Assembly (NCBI GenBank): GCA_964371785.1
Contig: CAYJOL010000002.1
Span: 149,229-213,228, forward strand
Length of the DNA stretch: 64,000 nt
Direction: 5' to 3'
From: an uncultured Ignavibacteriales bacterium
GTDB lineage: Bacteria > Zixibacteria > MSB-5A5 > GN15 > FEB-12
This document shows positions 1 through 9,773 of this stretch, one piece after another. A model generated the notes under the pieces. That model ran no database searches. It had not been told where the DNA came from and worked only from the letters and a program-made list of their open reading frames with translations. A program made the translations under genes and the position numbers. The first letter of the stretch is position 1. The number at the start of each line of letters is the position of its first letter.

Positions 1-410
1 TCAAGGAAGCGGGCTATGAAGAAGATATCATGGTGCTGGTTGATAGATATTTCGATCCCAAACATGTTGTGTTCACTTCGTTTCTCGATAGTGCCATCTT
101 GCACATAAAGCATCTGCGTCCCCAAGCCTTAACCGGTCTGCTCATTGGATTGCATGTGCCGGCGAGTTTCCTGACAAGGAGTCATCAACTGCTTTCTCTC
201 TCCCGGATTCGCCGCTCCCAGGCGGACTTCGTGGCCCCCAGTTGGAAACTGGTGCAACTTGGATACATAAGACGAATGAGAGCTGCTGGAATTCCCGTCG
301 TTGTGTGGACGGTTGACAGGGTTGCGGTAGCCGATAAACTTGCTGGGCTCGGCGTGGCCGGGATCATAAGCAATCAACCTGATGTCATCCGGGCCGGTTT
401 GGCTCCCTAA
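1..410 (+). CDS. glycerophosphodiester phosphodiesterase, 5'-truncated by the window edge (C-terminal fragment)
   Basis: Frame is open from nt 3 with no stop. C-terminal GDPD-like motifs are present (VVVWTVD ... GVAGIISNQPD). Confidence 0.55.
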   Translation, partial: KEAGYEEDIMVLVDRYFDPKHVVFTSFLDSAILHIKHLRPQALTGLLIGLHVPASFLTRSHQLLSLSRIRRSQADFVAPSWKLVQLGYIRRMRAAGIPVVVWTVDRVAVADKLAGLGVAGIISNQPDVIRAGLAP

Positions 411-597
411 TGTGGTCCCAATCACAACACATTTACACCTACAATAAGTAACCGTTCCCGTTCACTGGATTCAGTTCGGGCTCGCTCATCCTTGTTCGGG
501 TTGTCCGTAACACATTGATGCACAGCGTATTAGAATTTTTCTTCAAGAATGTGTTGCGGCCCTGAACTTTTTGAGTATCTTTGCCGTTATATTAACT

Positions 598-622
598 AAC
601 CAGTTGGTTTAACCACATGGTT
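598..622. promoter_or_regulatory. tandem palindromic operator candidates AACCAGTTGGTT (598-609) and AACCACATGGTT (611-622), overlapping a TATATT -10 element (588-593)
   Basis: Two perfect 5-bp inverted repeats (AACCA-NN-TGGTT) lie 1 nt apart, 14 nt upstream of the tetR-family start codon. This is the typical TetR autoregulatory geometry. Confidence 0.5.
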
Positions 623-635
623 AGACGAGGAGTTA

Positions 636-1256
636 TTGAGAATGAATAAGTTGGATGACAGTGGTTCTAAGCGAAAGATTCTCGAAGCGGCACTTGAGGA
701 ATTCGGCAATCAGGGGTTTGAAGGAGCCCGGGTCGACCGAATCGCCAGAGCCGCCGGAGTCAATAAAGCAATGATCTACTACCACTTTACTTCCAAGGAT
801 AACCTCTATCACGAGGTGGTTCGTGACCATTTCCTTCCCAAGATCAACCGTCTGGGGGAGGCAATCGACACTACCGACAACCTGGAGCAGATCCTTCTGC
901 AGGCGGCGGACACCTACCGAAATTTGTTTCACAACCAGACACATTTCCTTCGAATCGCTCTCCGCGAACTTGCCAATCCTCGTTCGCAGTTGCTCAATGA
1001 GATCGCCAATTCTATCGAGGGTTCTCAGGTTCCTCCGAAAATTGCGGCGGCTCTGCAGACTGGAATGGACGCTGGGGAGCTCAGGAACCTTGACCTGCGC
1101 CAGACCCTGATCAGTTTTCTCACAATGAACATAGGGTATTACCTATCCTCGCAGCTAATGAACCGGGTAAACAGCATTACCGATGCCGACGCGTTCACGG
1201 AAAAAAGAAAAGCCGCGGTGGTGGATCTCTTCTTATATGGAGTGAAGAAAAGATGA
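636..1256 (+). CDS. TetR/AcrR family transcriptional repressor
   Basis: N-terminal HTH signature (ILEAALEEFGNQGFEGARVDRIARAAGVNKAMIYYHFTSKDNLY). It is the first gene of the efflux operon. Confidence 0.85.
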   Translation: MRMNKLDDSGSKRKILEAALEEFGNQGFEGARVDRIARAAGVNKAMIYYHFTSKDNLYHEVVRDHFLPKINRLGEAIDTTDNLEQILLQAADTYRNLFHNQTHFLRIALRELANPRSQLLNEIANSIEGSQVPPKIAAALQTGMDAGELRNLDLRQTLISFLTMNIGYYLSSQLMNRVNSITDADAFTEKRKAAVVDLFLYGVKKR

Positions 1257-2563
1257 AAAAAATCCTTTTGATCCTATCGGCGCTGATGGTAGCGGGACCC
1301 GCCAGGTCGTATGCGCGGGAAATCAGTTTAGCGCAGGCGATGGAGCTTGCGCGGGAGCATTCGTTTGCTCTCAAGAAAGCGACCGCGCAGAGCTACGCAT
1401 ACGAACAGAATCTGAAGGCAGCGGTCGCTGAACGCTTCCCGACTCTGTCGCTGGCGAGCGCCGCCAGTTATAAGAACAAAGTGGCCCATCTGGAAATTCA
1501 GTTCCCCACCGGTCAGAGCTTGAGCCGGGAGATTGGCACCAAAGATGTGTATCAGGCCGATCTCAGGTTGAATCTTCCGCTGTTCACGGGGGGAAAGATT
1601 TCCAATGGCATCGGACTCGCCGGCGCTACACGTGATTACTACGATGCCCTCAAGAACGCGGACCTCAACCAACTTCTGCTGACTACACGCGTAGCTTATC
1701 TCTCGCTCTACAAGGCGGACAAGGAGATTGCAACTGCCCAGGCCGGACTCGACCGGGCCAGAGTAATGCGCACCGATGTTCAGTCCCTGTATGACGCCGG
1801 GTCGGCCGATTCGGTTGATATACTCGAAGCGACCTTCGCCGCGACCAGCGCGCAGATGAAGCTGACGACCGCCCAGAGCAATCGCCGCCAGAGGGAAATT
1901 GAATTGTCGACATTACTGGGGATCGATCCACAGGACCAGTTGACAGTCACCGACACACCTCAACCACCCGACACTTCATCGTACACATATTCCGGTATCA
2001 CCTCTGCCAAACCGGAATTAATGGTCGCAAAATCGTCTGTCGAGATGAGTAAGAAGCTGACGTCAATGAATAAGTCCGACTACTTCCCCACCCTCAGCGC
2101 TTTTGGCGGCTACTCATACGGCAAGCCGAACATCGATCAGTTCAATAACACCTTCAATGATTATTTCATTGTCGGAGCCAGTCTTAATTGGTCGTTCAAT
2201 GTCGGCGGGAAGTCGGTGCGTAAGGTAGCCATGGCTCGGCTTCAGTCGCGAGCGGCTGAGGATGCCTACGATGCCGTGCATGAGCAACTCGATGAACAGG
2301 CACGTGTGGCGCTGGAGAATCTCAGGCTCACGTACCAGCGGTACCAGACTTCGCTCGTCAACTTCAAAATTGCGTCGGATAATTATCGTCTGGCACATGA
2401 GAAGTACGCGCAGGGGGTGTTGCCGTCAAATCGTCTGCTTGAGATCGAGGCCTCGTTGAGCGAGGCCGAAGCTACGCTGGCATCGACACAGGTAGACTTC
2501 TATATCGTTGCCAGCCAATACTACTACATTATCGGATCAGACAAATTAGAGGAAGGTCTGTAA
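1253..2563 (+). CDS. outer-membrane efflux protein (TolC-like OMF)
   Basis: Signal peptide, two coiled-coil halves and OEP-like repeats. Start overlaps the tetR stop (ATGA). Confidence 0.75.
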   Translation: MKKILLILSALMVAGPARSYAREISLAQAMELAREHSFALKKATAQSYAYEQNLKAAVAERFPTLSLASAASYKNKVAHLEIQFPTGQSLSREIGTKDVYQADLRLNLPLFTGGKISNGIGLAGATRDYYDALKNADLNQLLLTTRVAYLSLYKADKEIATAQAGLDRARVMRTDVQSLYDAGSADSVDILEATFAATSAQMKLTTAQSNRRQREIELSTLLGIDPQDQLTVTDTPQPPDTSSYTYSGITSAKPELMVAKSSVEMSKKLTSMNKSDYFPTLSAFGGYSYGKPNIDQFNNTFNDYFIVGASLNWSFNVGGKSVRKVAMARLQSRAAEDAYDAVHEQLDEQARVALENLRLTYQRYQTSLVNFKIASDNYRLAHEKYAQGVLPSNRLLEIEASLSEAEATLASTQVDFYIVASQYYYIIGSDKLEEGL

Positions 2564-2564
2564 T

Positions 2565-3449
2565 ATGAAGCGAATTTACTTACTCTTGAGCGCGTTGACT
2601 GTTTTCGGCCTGGCGGGCTGCTCGCAGGAGGCTCAGAAGGCCGGCGGTTCAGGAATGTTGGAAGCGGATGAGTCGATTATCTCTGCCGAGGTTCAAGGAA
2701 GAGTGCTGTTGATGCGGTTCGACGAAGGGACCCAGTTTAAGACCGGAGATACATTGCTGGTCGTAGATACTACCAACCTGCGACTTCAACTTGCCGCCGC
2801 GCAGGCAAGCCGCGACGCCGCGTCGGCACAACTGGAAAGCTCAAAGCTCCAGTACAAGAAAGCGAGCGAGACCGAGAAATACGCCCAATCCGAACGCAAC
2901 CGTGTGGCGACCTTGTTGAAATCTGGGACATCGACCCAGCAGAAGCTCGACCAGTTGGATCATGATCTGGCGCAGGCGAAGCTGAGTCGTCAAACCGCTC
3001 AGGCGAATATTACGGCGCTTGAAGCCCAGCTCAGTAAGATCGACGCTGATATCAATCTGATACATCAGCATCTCGACGACTGTTTTCCGACCGCTCCCAT
3101 AACAGGTGTTGTGACGGATAAGTATATCGATAAGGGTGAACTCCTGGCCCCCGGTAAGGCAATTGCCAAGATCTCCCGGCTTGACTCCCTCTGGGTGAAG
3201 GTCTATCTGCCGGCAGGCCTCTTCGCGAATGTGAAACTGGGCGACTCTGCCACTGTCAACACGGAATCAGGCGGCAAAGAGTATCGGGGACGAGTAGTCT
3301 GGACATCGGACGAGGCCGAATTTACGCCCAAGAATGTCCAGACCGAGAAGTCGCGCGCAAATCTTGTGTACGCGGTAAAAGTCCGGATGGCGAACAGCGA
3401 TGGTACGCTGAAAATCGGAATGCCGGTGTTTGTAACGATTGGTGAGTGA
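2565..3449 (+). CDS. HlyD-family membrane-fusion (periplasmic adaptor) lipoprotein
   Basis: Lipobox LAGCS, a long coiled-coil (QLAAAQASRDAASAQLE...), and a C-terminal beta-barrel domain. Resembles YbhG. Confidence 0.75.
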   Translation: MKRIYLLLSALTVFGLAGCSQEAQKAGGSGMLEADESIISAEVQGRVLLMRFDEGTQFKTGDTLLVVDTTNLRLQLAAAQASRDAASAQLESSKLQYKKASETEKYAQSERNRVATLLKSGTSTQQKLDQLDHDLAQAKLSRQTAQANITALEAQLSKIDADINLIHQHLDDCFPTAPITGVVTDKYIDKGELLAPGKAIAKISRLDSLWVKVYLPAGLFANVKLGDSATVNTESGGKEYRGRVVWTSDEAEFTPKNVQTEKSRANLVYAVKVRMANSDGTLKIGMPVFVTIGE

Positions 3450-4366
3450 TGAGCTATCTCACAGTAGAAAACCTGACCAAATTCTACGGCAAGATTAAAG
3501 CCGTGGAGGATTTTTCGTTCGAAGTGAACAAGGGCGAGATTTATGCTCTGGTCGGTCCGGACGGCGCCGGAAAGACGTCTATAATAAGGACTATCTGCAA
3601 CCTGATCGGCTCCGATGCCGGCCGGATTCACATCAACGGCTTCGAAAGCGTCAAAGACTACAACAAAGTAAAACTTTTGCTTGGGTATATGCCTCAGATC
3701 TTCTCACTTTATCCGGACTTGTCGGTCGAAGAGAATCTGACCTTCTACGCCGGGATATACGATGTAACGGGTCAGGCATATCGTGAGAAGGCGGAGTACC
3801 TGTATCGGTTCTCGAATTTGAAACCGTTTGCCAACCGGCGGGCCCAGGCATTATCGGGCGGTATGAAGCAGAAGCTGGCGCTTTCCTGCGCCTTAATGCA
3901 TGAACCGGAGTTGCTGCTGTTAGACGAGCCGACCACCGGAGTGGATCCATTGTCCCGTCGGCAGTTCTGGGAAATTCTGCTGGAGCTCAAGAGTCAGGGG
4001 GTGACCATTCTGGTTTCCACCCCTTATATGGACGAGGTCGCTCGCGCTGACCGAGCAGGGTTCATCTTCAAAGGCCGAAAACTGGTTGAGGGATCGCCGT
4101 CCGAGCTTCCGAAACTGTTTGACAGACAAGTCTACTTCCTCGGAACTCAGGCCGCGCCCGGCACACTCGCGGAACTTAACAAGTTACCGGGGATCGCCGC
4201 TAATCGTTTCGGGTCCGGCGTGCACATTTACCTGGATAAAAATGACAGCCCGGAAAGTCATGCTCTTCAGTTCAATCACCTTGGATTCTACGCCTCCGAC
4301 CTGAATCCGATCGAACCAAACCTTGAGGATGTGTTCATCCAGATGATGGGAAGCAATAATGGATAA
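3446..4366 (+). CDS. ABC transporter ATP-binding protein (first half of YbhF-like)
   Basis: Walker A GPDGAGKTS, ABC signature LSGGMKQKL, Walker B LLLLDEPT. Confidence 0.85.
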   Translation: MMSYLTVENLTKFYGKIKAVEDFSFEVNKGEIYALVGPDGAGKTSIIRTICNLIGSDAGRIHINGFESVKDYNKVKLLLGYMPQIFSLYPDLSVEENLTFYAGIYDVTGQAYREKAEYLYRFSNLKPFANRRAQALSGGMKQKLALSCALMHEPELLLLDEPTTGVDPLSRRQFWEILLELKSQGVTILVSTPYMDEVARADRAGFIFKGRKLVEGSPSELPKLFDRQVYFLGTQAAPGTLAELNKLPGIAANRFGSGVHIYLDKNDSPESHALQFNHLGFYASDLNPIEPNLEDVFIQMMGSNNG

Positions 4367-5102
4367 CCCGGCAGTCTTGATCGAACATCTGTCGCGACAT
4401 TTCGGCGAATTCAAGGCTGTCGATGACATTTCGATGAGCGTGAGCACGGGCGAGATTTTTGGATTTCTCGGGGCCAATGGCGCGGGAAAGACAACCACGA
4501 TCCGCATGCTGTGCGGGCTCCTGCTGCCAACGTCCGGTAAAGGAACTGTTGCCGGGTTCGATGTCTTCCGGCAGTCAGAAGAGATCAAGCGGAGTATCGG
4601 ATACATGTCGCAGAAGTTTTCGCTGTATCCTGATCTGACCGGGCGGGAGAACCTGAATTTCTATGGCGCGGCATATAGTCTTAACCGAAAGACTCTCCGG
4701 GACCGCATAAAAGAATTGAGTGAACGCCTGAGTCTTGATGAATTTATTGACCGAAGAACAGCGTCGCTACCGGTCGGATGGCGCCAGCGTCTTGCGCTGG
4801 GAGCGGCGCTGCTTCACCGGCCTCGCATCCTGTTTTTGGACGAACCGACCAGCGGAGTCGATCCGGTGTACAGACGGAGATTCTGGGATCTTTTGTATGC
4901 GCTGGCGGAGGAAGGCGTGACCATCTTCGTGACCACTCATTACATGGATGAAGCTGAATTTTGCGGCCGGATATCGATCATGCACCAGGGGAAAATCGTC
5001 GAACTCGGACAACCCCGTGAACTCATAGAGAAACATCGCGCCAAGAATCTGGAAGAGCTTTTTATCCGGCTGATAAGCGGGAAGGAACCGGCACATGCGT
5101 AG
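4359..5102 (+). CDS. ABC transporter ATP-binding protein (second half of YbhF-like)
   Basis: Walker A GANGAGKTT, Walker B LFLDEPTSGVD, H-loop. Confidence 0.85.
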   Translation: MDNPAVLIEHLSRHFGEFKAVDDISMSVSTGEIFGFLGANGAGKTTTIRMLCGLLLPTSGKGTVAGFDVFRQSEEIKRSIGYMSQKFSLYPDLTGRENLNFYGAAYSLNRKTLRDRIKELSERLSLDEFIDRRTASLPVGWRQRLALGAALLHRPRILFLDEPTSGVDPVYRRRFWDLLYALAEEGVTIFVTTHYMDEAEFCGRISIMHQGKIVELGQPRELIEKHRAKNLEELFIRLISGKEPAHA

Positions 5103-6201
5103 GATTAAATTCATTGCCTTGAAGGAGCTGTATCACATCCTGCGCGATCCGAGGTCGTTGACCATTGTTATAGTCATGCCGATAATGATGACATTCCTCT
5201 ACGGTTACGCGACCAATCTGGACATCAAGAAGGTGGTCATCTCGGTTATTGACCAGGACCAGTCTGTTGAATCACACTCGCTTCAGGACGCCTTCTATCA
5301 GTCCACTTATTTTGAACGCCCGACGCGAGAGGTCGATCTGCTTGACCCCGAGGAACTGCTGAAAGAATCCGACGCCACGGCCGTGTTGATAATCAAGCCG
5401 GGGTTTTCCGACGCTCTCCGCACCGGACAGCATTTCTCGTTGGGGATGGTCGTCGACGGTTCGGATAACACGCTGAGTGCTGCGGTTCAAAATTATGCCA
5501 ATGTGATTGTCAACAGGTTTATGGCCGACCGGCTGCCACCCGGCGCCAAACTGCCCGGCGTCGAGATAGCGAGGCAGGTCCTGTATAATCCGGATCTGAA
5601 ATCGCCGAACTTCTTTGTACCGGGGTTGGTGGCGATAATCCTGCTCATGATTTCAGCTCTTCTGACTTCCATTACCATAGCCCGCGAAAAGGAAACCGGC
5701 ACGATGGAACAGCTGCTCACTACACCAGTGACGCCCTTTCAGATTCTTGTCGGAAAAGTCCTGCCCTATGTGGCGATAGCATTTCTTGACGGTCTGCTGG
5801 TACTGATATTGGCCAGGTTTTTGTTTCAGGTTCCGTTTGTCGGATCTCGCCTGCTGATGCTCGGTTTTGGATTCATCTACGTGGTGACTTCGCTCTCGCT
5901 GGGCATCCTGATTTCATCGCTGGTGAAGACCCAACAGGTCGCCATGATGTTCGCGCTGGTGACCACCCTATTACCGTCGGTAATGCTCACCGGGTTCGTC
6001 TTCCCGATTCGCAACATGCCCATCGTCCTGCAAGCCCTTACACACATCGTACCGGCCCGATATTTCGTTACCATCATCCGCGGCATCATGCTCAAGGGCG
6101 CGGGACTTCAGGAACTCGTGACGCAGGGTGTGTACCTGCTGATTCTCATGAGCATCATTATGCTGATAGCGTCGAAAACATTCAAGACGAGGGTCGAGTA
6201 G
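5095..6201 (+). CDS. ABC-2 type transporter permease (YbhS/YbhR-like)
   Basis: Six TM helices after a long periplasmic loop; ABC-2 family layout. Confidence 0.75.
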   Translation: MRRIKFIALKELYHILRDPRSLTIVIVMPIMMTFLYGYATNLDIKKVVISVIDQDQSVESHSLQDAFYQSTYFERPTREVDLLDPEELLKESDATAVLIIKPGFSDALRTGQHFSLGMVVDGSDNTLSAAVQNYANVIVNRFMADRLPPGAKLPGVEIARQVLYNPDLKSPNFFVPGLVAIILLMISALLTSITIAREKETGTMEQLLTTPVTPFQILVGKVLPYVAIAFLDGLLVLILARFLFQVPFVGSRLLMLGFGFIYVVTSLSLGILISSLVKTQQVAMMFALVTTLLPSVMLTGFVFPIRNMPIVLQALTHIVPARYFVTIIRGIMLKGAGLQELVTQGVYLLILMSIIMLIASKTFKTRVE

Positions 6202-6203
6202 CC

Positions 6204-7301
6204 ATGAACAGAGCATTCTGGGGACTGGTCCGAAAAGAATTCATCCAGGTCTTTCGCGACAAGAATATGCTTCGACTCATCTTTGCCGTGCCCATTATTC
6301 AGCTCCTGCTATTCGGCTACGTGGTGAACCTTGATGTAAAGAAAATTCGTTTGGATGTTTACGACTTTGACCGAACGCAGTTGTCCCGTGATTTCATAGC
6401 ATCGGCCGGCGCCGGCGGATATTTCCTTCCCGACCCGGCCAAACTTCCGATCATGGACCTGGAACAACGCTTCCAGAGTTCGTCCAGTGATATGGCTATC
6501 GTCATTCCGCACGGATTCTCGGACAAACTGTCCACGCGGGACCGCATTACGATTGGCCTGATTGCGGATGGTACCGACGCCAATCAGACGTCGATCGGTT
6601 CGGGCTACCTGGCAAGAATCATACAGCAGTACTCTTCGCGCGTGACTGGTTACCAATCGCCGGTCGATCTCAGGTTTCAGGTACTCTACAATCCCGAAGC
6701 GGAGTCGGTCTACTACATGGTACCGGGCATAGTCGCGACTTTGCTGACCATGATCACCGTCATGCTGACTTCAATGGCGATAGTGCGGGAGCTCGAAGGT
6801 GGTACTCTGGAGCAGTTGTTGGTGACACCGATGTCCGGCCGGACACTGCTGTTTGGCAAGCTCTTTCCTTTTGCGGTGCTGGGACTTATGGAAATGATTC
6901 TGGCCCTGGTGTTCGGTGTTTTATGGTTCAAAGTTCCGTTTGTAGGTTCACCCTTGCTTTTATTCTCGCTGTCCGGGCTCTACCTGCTTACGACATTGGG
7001 GCTTGGCTTGTTCTTTTCGACGGTGACATCTACCCAACAGCAGGCAATGTTCTTTGCCTGGTTTTTCTCGGTGTTCGCTATTATGACATCCGGGTTCTTT
7101 ACACCAATCGCAAATATGCCTGTCTGGATGCAATATGTCACCAGCATTAATCCCATGCGCTACTTTCTGGTGATCGCACGAGGCATTATGATGAAAGGGT
7201 CCGGCGTAGTCGAGTTACTTCCGCAAATCTATGCGTTGATTATCTTTGGAGCGGTAGTCTTCACCTTCTCGGCGTTGCGATTCCACAAACGGTCTGCCTG
7301 A
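6204..7301 (+). CDS. ABC-2 type transporter permease (paralogue of the previous gene)
   Basis: Same architecture as 5095-6201, recognisably paralogous (VVNLDVKKI / TNLDIKKV). Confidence 0.75.
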   Translation: MNRAFWGLVRKEFIQVFRDKNMLRLIFAVPIIQLLLFGYVVNLDVKKIRLDVYDFDRTQLSRDFIASAGAGGYFLPDPAKLPIMDLEQRFQSSSSDMAIVIPHGFSDKLSTRDRITIGLIADGTDANQTSIGSGYLARIIQQYSSRVTGYQSPVDLRFQVLYNPEAESVYYMVPGIVATLLTMITVMLTSMAIVRELEGGTLEQLLVTPMSGRTLLFGKLFPFAVLGLMEMILALVFGVLWFKVPFVGSPLLLFSLSGLYLLTTLGLGLFFSTVTSTQQQAMFFAWFFSVFAIMTSGFFTPIANMPVWMQYVTSINPMRYFLVIARGIMMKGSGVVELLPQIYALIIFGAVVFTFSALRFHKRSA

Positions 7302-7329
7302 TTGGTTTATCCGCACAGATCGAACCGGC

Positions 7330-7827
7330 TCAGTAGGTGGCTTGTATTTCGATATCGGACTTGGTGAGCCAGCATACGGTGTCTCCGGCGATGAGTCGCA
7401 CGGATGCTGTAAGGCTATCCCCCACCTCCCATTGTGGAGCATTTCGCACCGTCTGCTCAAACGTGTTTCCACGTATCACGTCATCGCGGGGGCTCAGTTT
7501 CGTTTCCCATACTGATTTCTGACTTACGAGCCTCAGGGAGTCAAGCCGGATACCCATCGGAAAGGCAAGGGAATCGGCCGCGACAAGTCTGACAGTTACC
7601 ATCATCGGTTTACCCTCGGGAGGTGTGATAGGCATGAAGTCCCGCCAGGCGTAAGCTTCCAGAACGAACTTACGTCCTCCGATTTCCACCCGATCAGTAA
7701 TGTTCGCTGCCGAGTCATCCATACTTTGCTTCCCATGGTGGCTGCCTGTATCGCCGGAGCATTGGCAAATGAAAAAGAATGTCAATCCGGGCAATACGAG
7801 TCGAGTCAATTTCCCCAACGGGGGCAT
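7330..7827 (-). CDS. hypothetical lipoprotein
   Basis: Signal peptide with lipobox-like FFFICQCSG. No recognisable domain. Confidence 0.4.
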   Translation of the reverse strand: MPPLGKLTRLVLPGLTFFFICQCSGDTGSHHGKQSMDDSAANITDRVEIGGRKFVLEAYAWRDFMPITPPEGKPMMVTVRLVAADSLAFPMGIRLDSLRLVSQKSVWETKLSPRDDVIRGNTFEQTVRNAPQWEVGDSLTASVRLIAGDTVCWLTKSDIEIQATY

Positions 7828-8192
7828 ACTTGATCCTGCCTAAGTTTAATGTTTTCAGTAGGAATATAATACCATATATATCTTGTCATAGGAATAAAAG
7901 AACGCCAGATAGCCCCGTGTCGTAATATACTTCGGGCAACGCGAGTCAGCGCTGCCTGACAATGGATAACCGGCAATCCATAAGCATGGGAATGGCGCAA
8001 TTCGTGAAACATAAGGACATGGTTCATCGATGTGCGCTCAGATTGATCACAAGGAGAAACATCCGTCACAGATCTTGAGACTGTGCGCCGATATCGCGGT
8101 GTTCACAATCTGCAGTCGACATCCGGGGGTACAATCATGGTCCGCATTTACCGGGTCGAAGGGTCGGCCCGATCCCGAGCACGGTTGAAAGC

Positions 8193-9773
8193 ATGGAAAG
8201 CATCGACAGTAAAACCTCACCCGGCGGATTACCCACCAGCGGTGGCCGATTCTCCAACCGGCTGCTTGCCAGGAATACCGCTTACAATCTGATCGGTCAG
8301 ATCTCGCCGTTTCTTGTCGCGCTGATATCCGTACCCATACTCATAAAAGGTATAGGGACCGAAAGGTTCGGCGTTCTCTCAATGGCCTGGATGGTTATGG
8401 GGTACTTCAACCTGTTTGATTTGGGGGTGGGCCGGGCTACCACGAAATTCGTGGCCGAGTTTATCGAGTTGGGTAAGCGAAAGGAGCTCGGGCCGCTGGT
8501 GCTGACATCGTTGCTCATCCTGCTCGGTTTTGGAGTGATAGGCGGCGGAATTGCCGCGGCCCTGTCCCCATGGTTGGTGCACCGGGTACTCAATATCACA
8601 CCGGGACTCCAGGCAGAAGCGCTTCCCTCATTTTTCCTCATGGCGCTCAGTGTGCCGGTTGTTATTCTCGCGGCGGGAGCACGGGGAATACTGGAGGCTG
8701 ACCAGCGTTTCGGGCTTATCAATGCCATTCGTATTCCATCCACCTCGACAACATTTTTGGCGCCGCTGGTGGTCATGTTCTTTTCGGGTACGCTGGTACA
8801 TATGATTGCCACCCTGGTAATCTGCCGAATCGTCTCGCTTACGCTTTACCTGATATTTGGATTCAGGGTGCTTGAGATACCCTGGCGGGGCACGACGCTT
8901 TCGCGACCGTATTTCCGTCGGCTTCTCAGTTTCGGCGGCTGGATAACGATCAGCAACCTCGTCGCACCCCTGATGGGCAACATGGACAGGTTCTTTATTG
9001 GATCAATTCTCACTCTGACCTCCGTCACTTATTATGTTACCCCGTTTGATGCGGCGACCAAGTTGTTCATTATTCCGATCGGCCTGGTCGGAGTGCTATT
9101 CCCCGCGTTCAGCGCCTACAGCGCGAGCGGCAGCGATCGATTGCCAAAACTGCATGACACCGCGATTCGATATATACTGCTGTTTATGTCGCCTGTTGTA
9201 GTAGTAATGATTGCACTGGCTCATCCGTTGCTCAAGCTCTGGCTCGGCCCGGACCTTGCCCAGCACTGCACCGTTATTCTGCAGATCCTTGGAGCCGGGA
9301 TTCTTTTTTCGTCGGTCGGACGTGTTCCTCAGAACGCGATACAAGCGGTAGGACGCCCCGATCTGACCGCAAAACTATTTTTGATTGAGCTTCCCCTGTA
9401 CATTCCAGCGCTACTTCTGGCTACCCGTGCCTATGGAATCGTCGGGGCCGCCGCCGTCTGGACTGCCCGGCTAATCGCGGAGTCGACCGTGCTGTTTCTG
9501 ATGGCCCAGCCCCTGGTAGGCTATTCAGAATCATCGCATCACATGAGTACCTGGAGTGTCCTGATCTGGTCATCGCTGGTCGCTGCCGGTGGGTTCGGCA
9601 TTTCCATGATACCCTCGCTTGCTGTAAGAATCCCCCTTACTATCGCGGCCATTGTATTTCTGGGGATCGTCAGTTACCGAATCATGATGCGAAAAAGCGA
9701 GCGGGAAAAGTTAACGCAAATTGTCAGACGGTTCTTACCCGGCAACAAGGAGTATTTATATCTCAATGAGTAA
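8193..9773 (+). CDS. wzx: polysaccharide biosynthesis flippase (Wzx/MOP family)
   Basis: About 14 TM helices and an N-terminal MOP/Wzx signature (NLIGQISPFLVALISVPILIKGIGTERFGV). Confidence 0.75.
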   Translation: MESIDSKTSPGGLPTSGGRFSNRLLARNTAYNLIGQISPFLVALISVPILIKGIGTERFGVLSMAWMVMGYFNLFDLGVGRATTKFVAEFIELGKRKELGPLVLTSLLILLGFGVIGGGIAAALSPWLVHRVLNITPGLQAEALPSFFLMALSVPVVILAAGARGILEADQRFGLINAIRIPSTSTTFLAPLVVMFFSGTLVHMIATLVICRIVSLTLYLIFGFRVLEIPWRGTTLSRPYFRRLLSFGGWITISNLVAPLMGNMDRFFIGSILTLTSVTYYVTPFDAATKLFIIPIGLVGVLFPAFSAYSASGSDRLPKLHDTAIRYILLFMSPVVVVMIALAHPLLKLWLGPDLAQHCTVILQILGAGILFSSVGRVPQNAIQAVGRPDLTAKLFLIELPLYIPALLLATRAYGIVGAAAVWTARLIAESTVLFLMAQPLVGYSESSHHMSTWSVLIWSSLVAAGGFGISMIPSLAVRIPLTIAAIVFLGIVSYRIMMRKSEREKLTQIVRRFLPGNKEYLYLNE

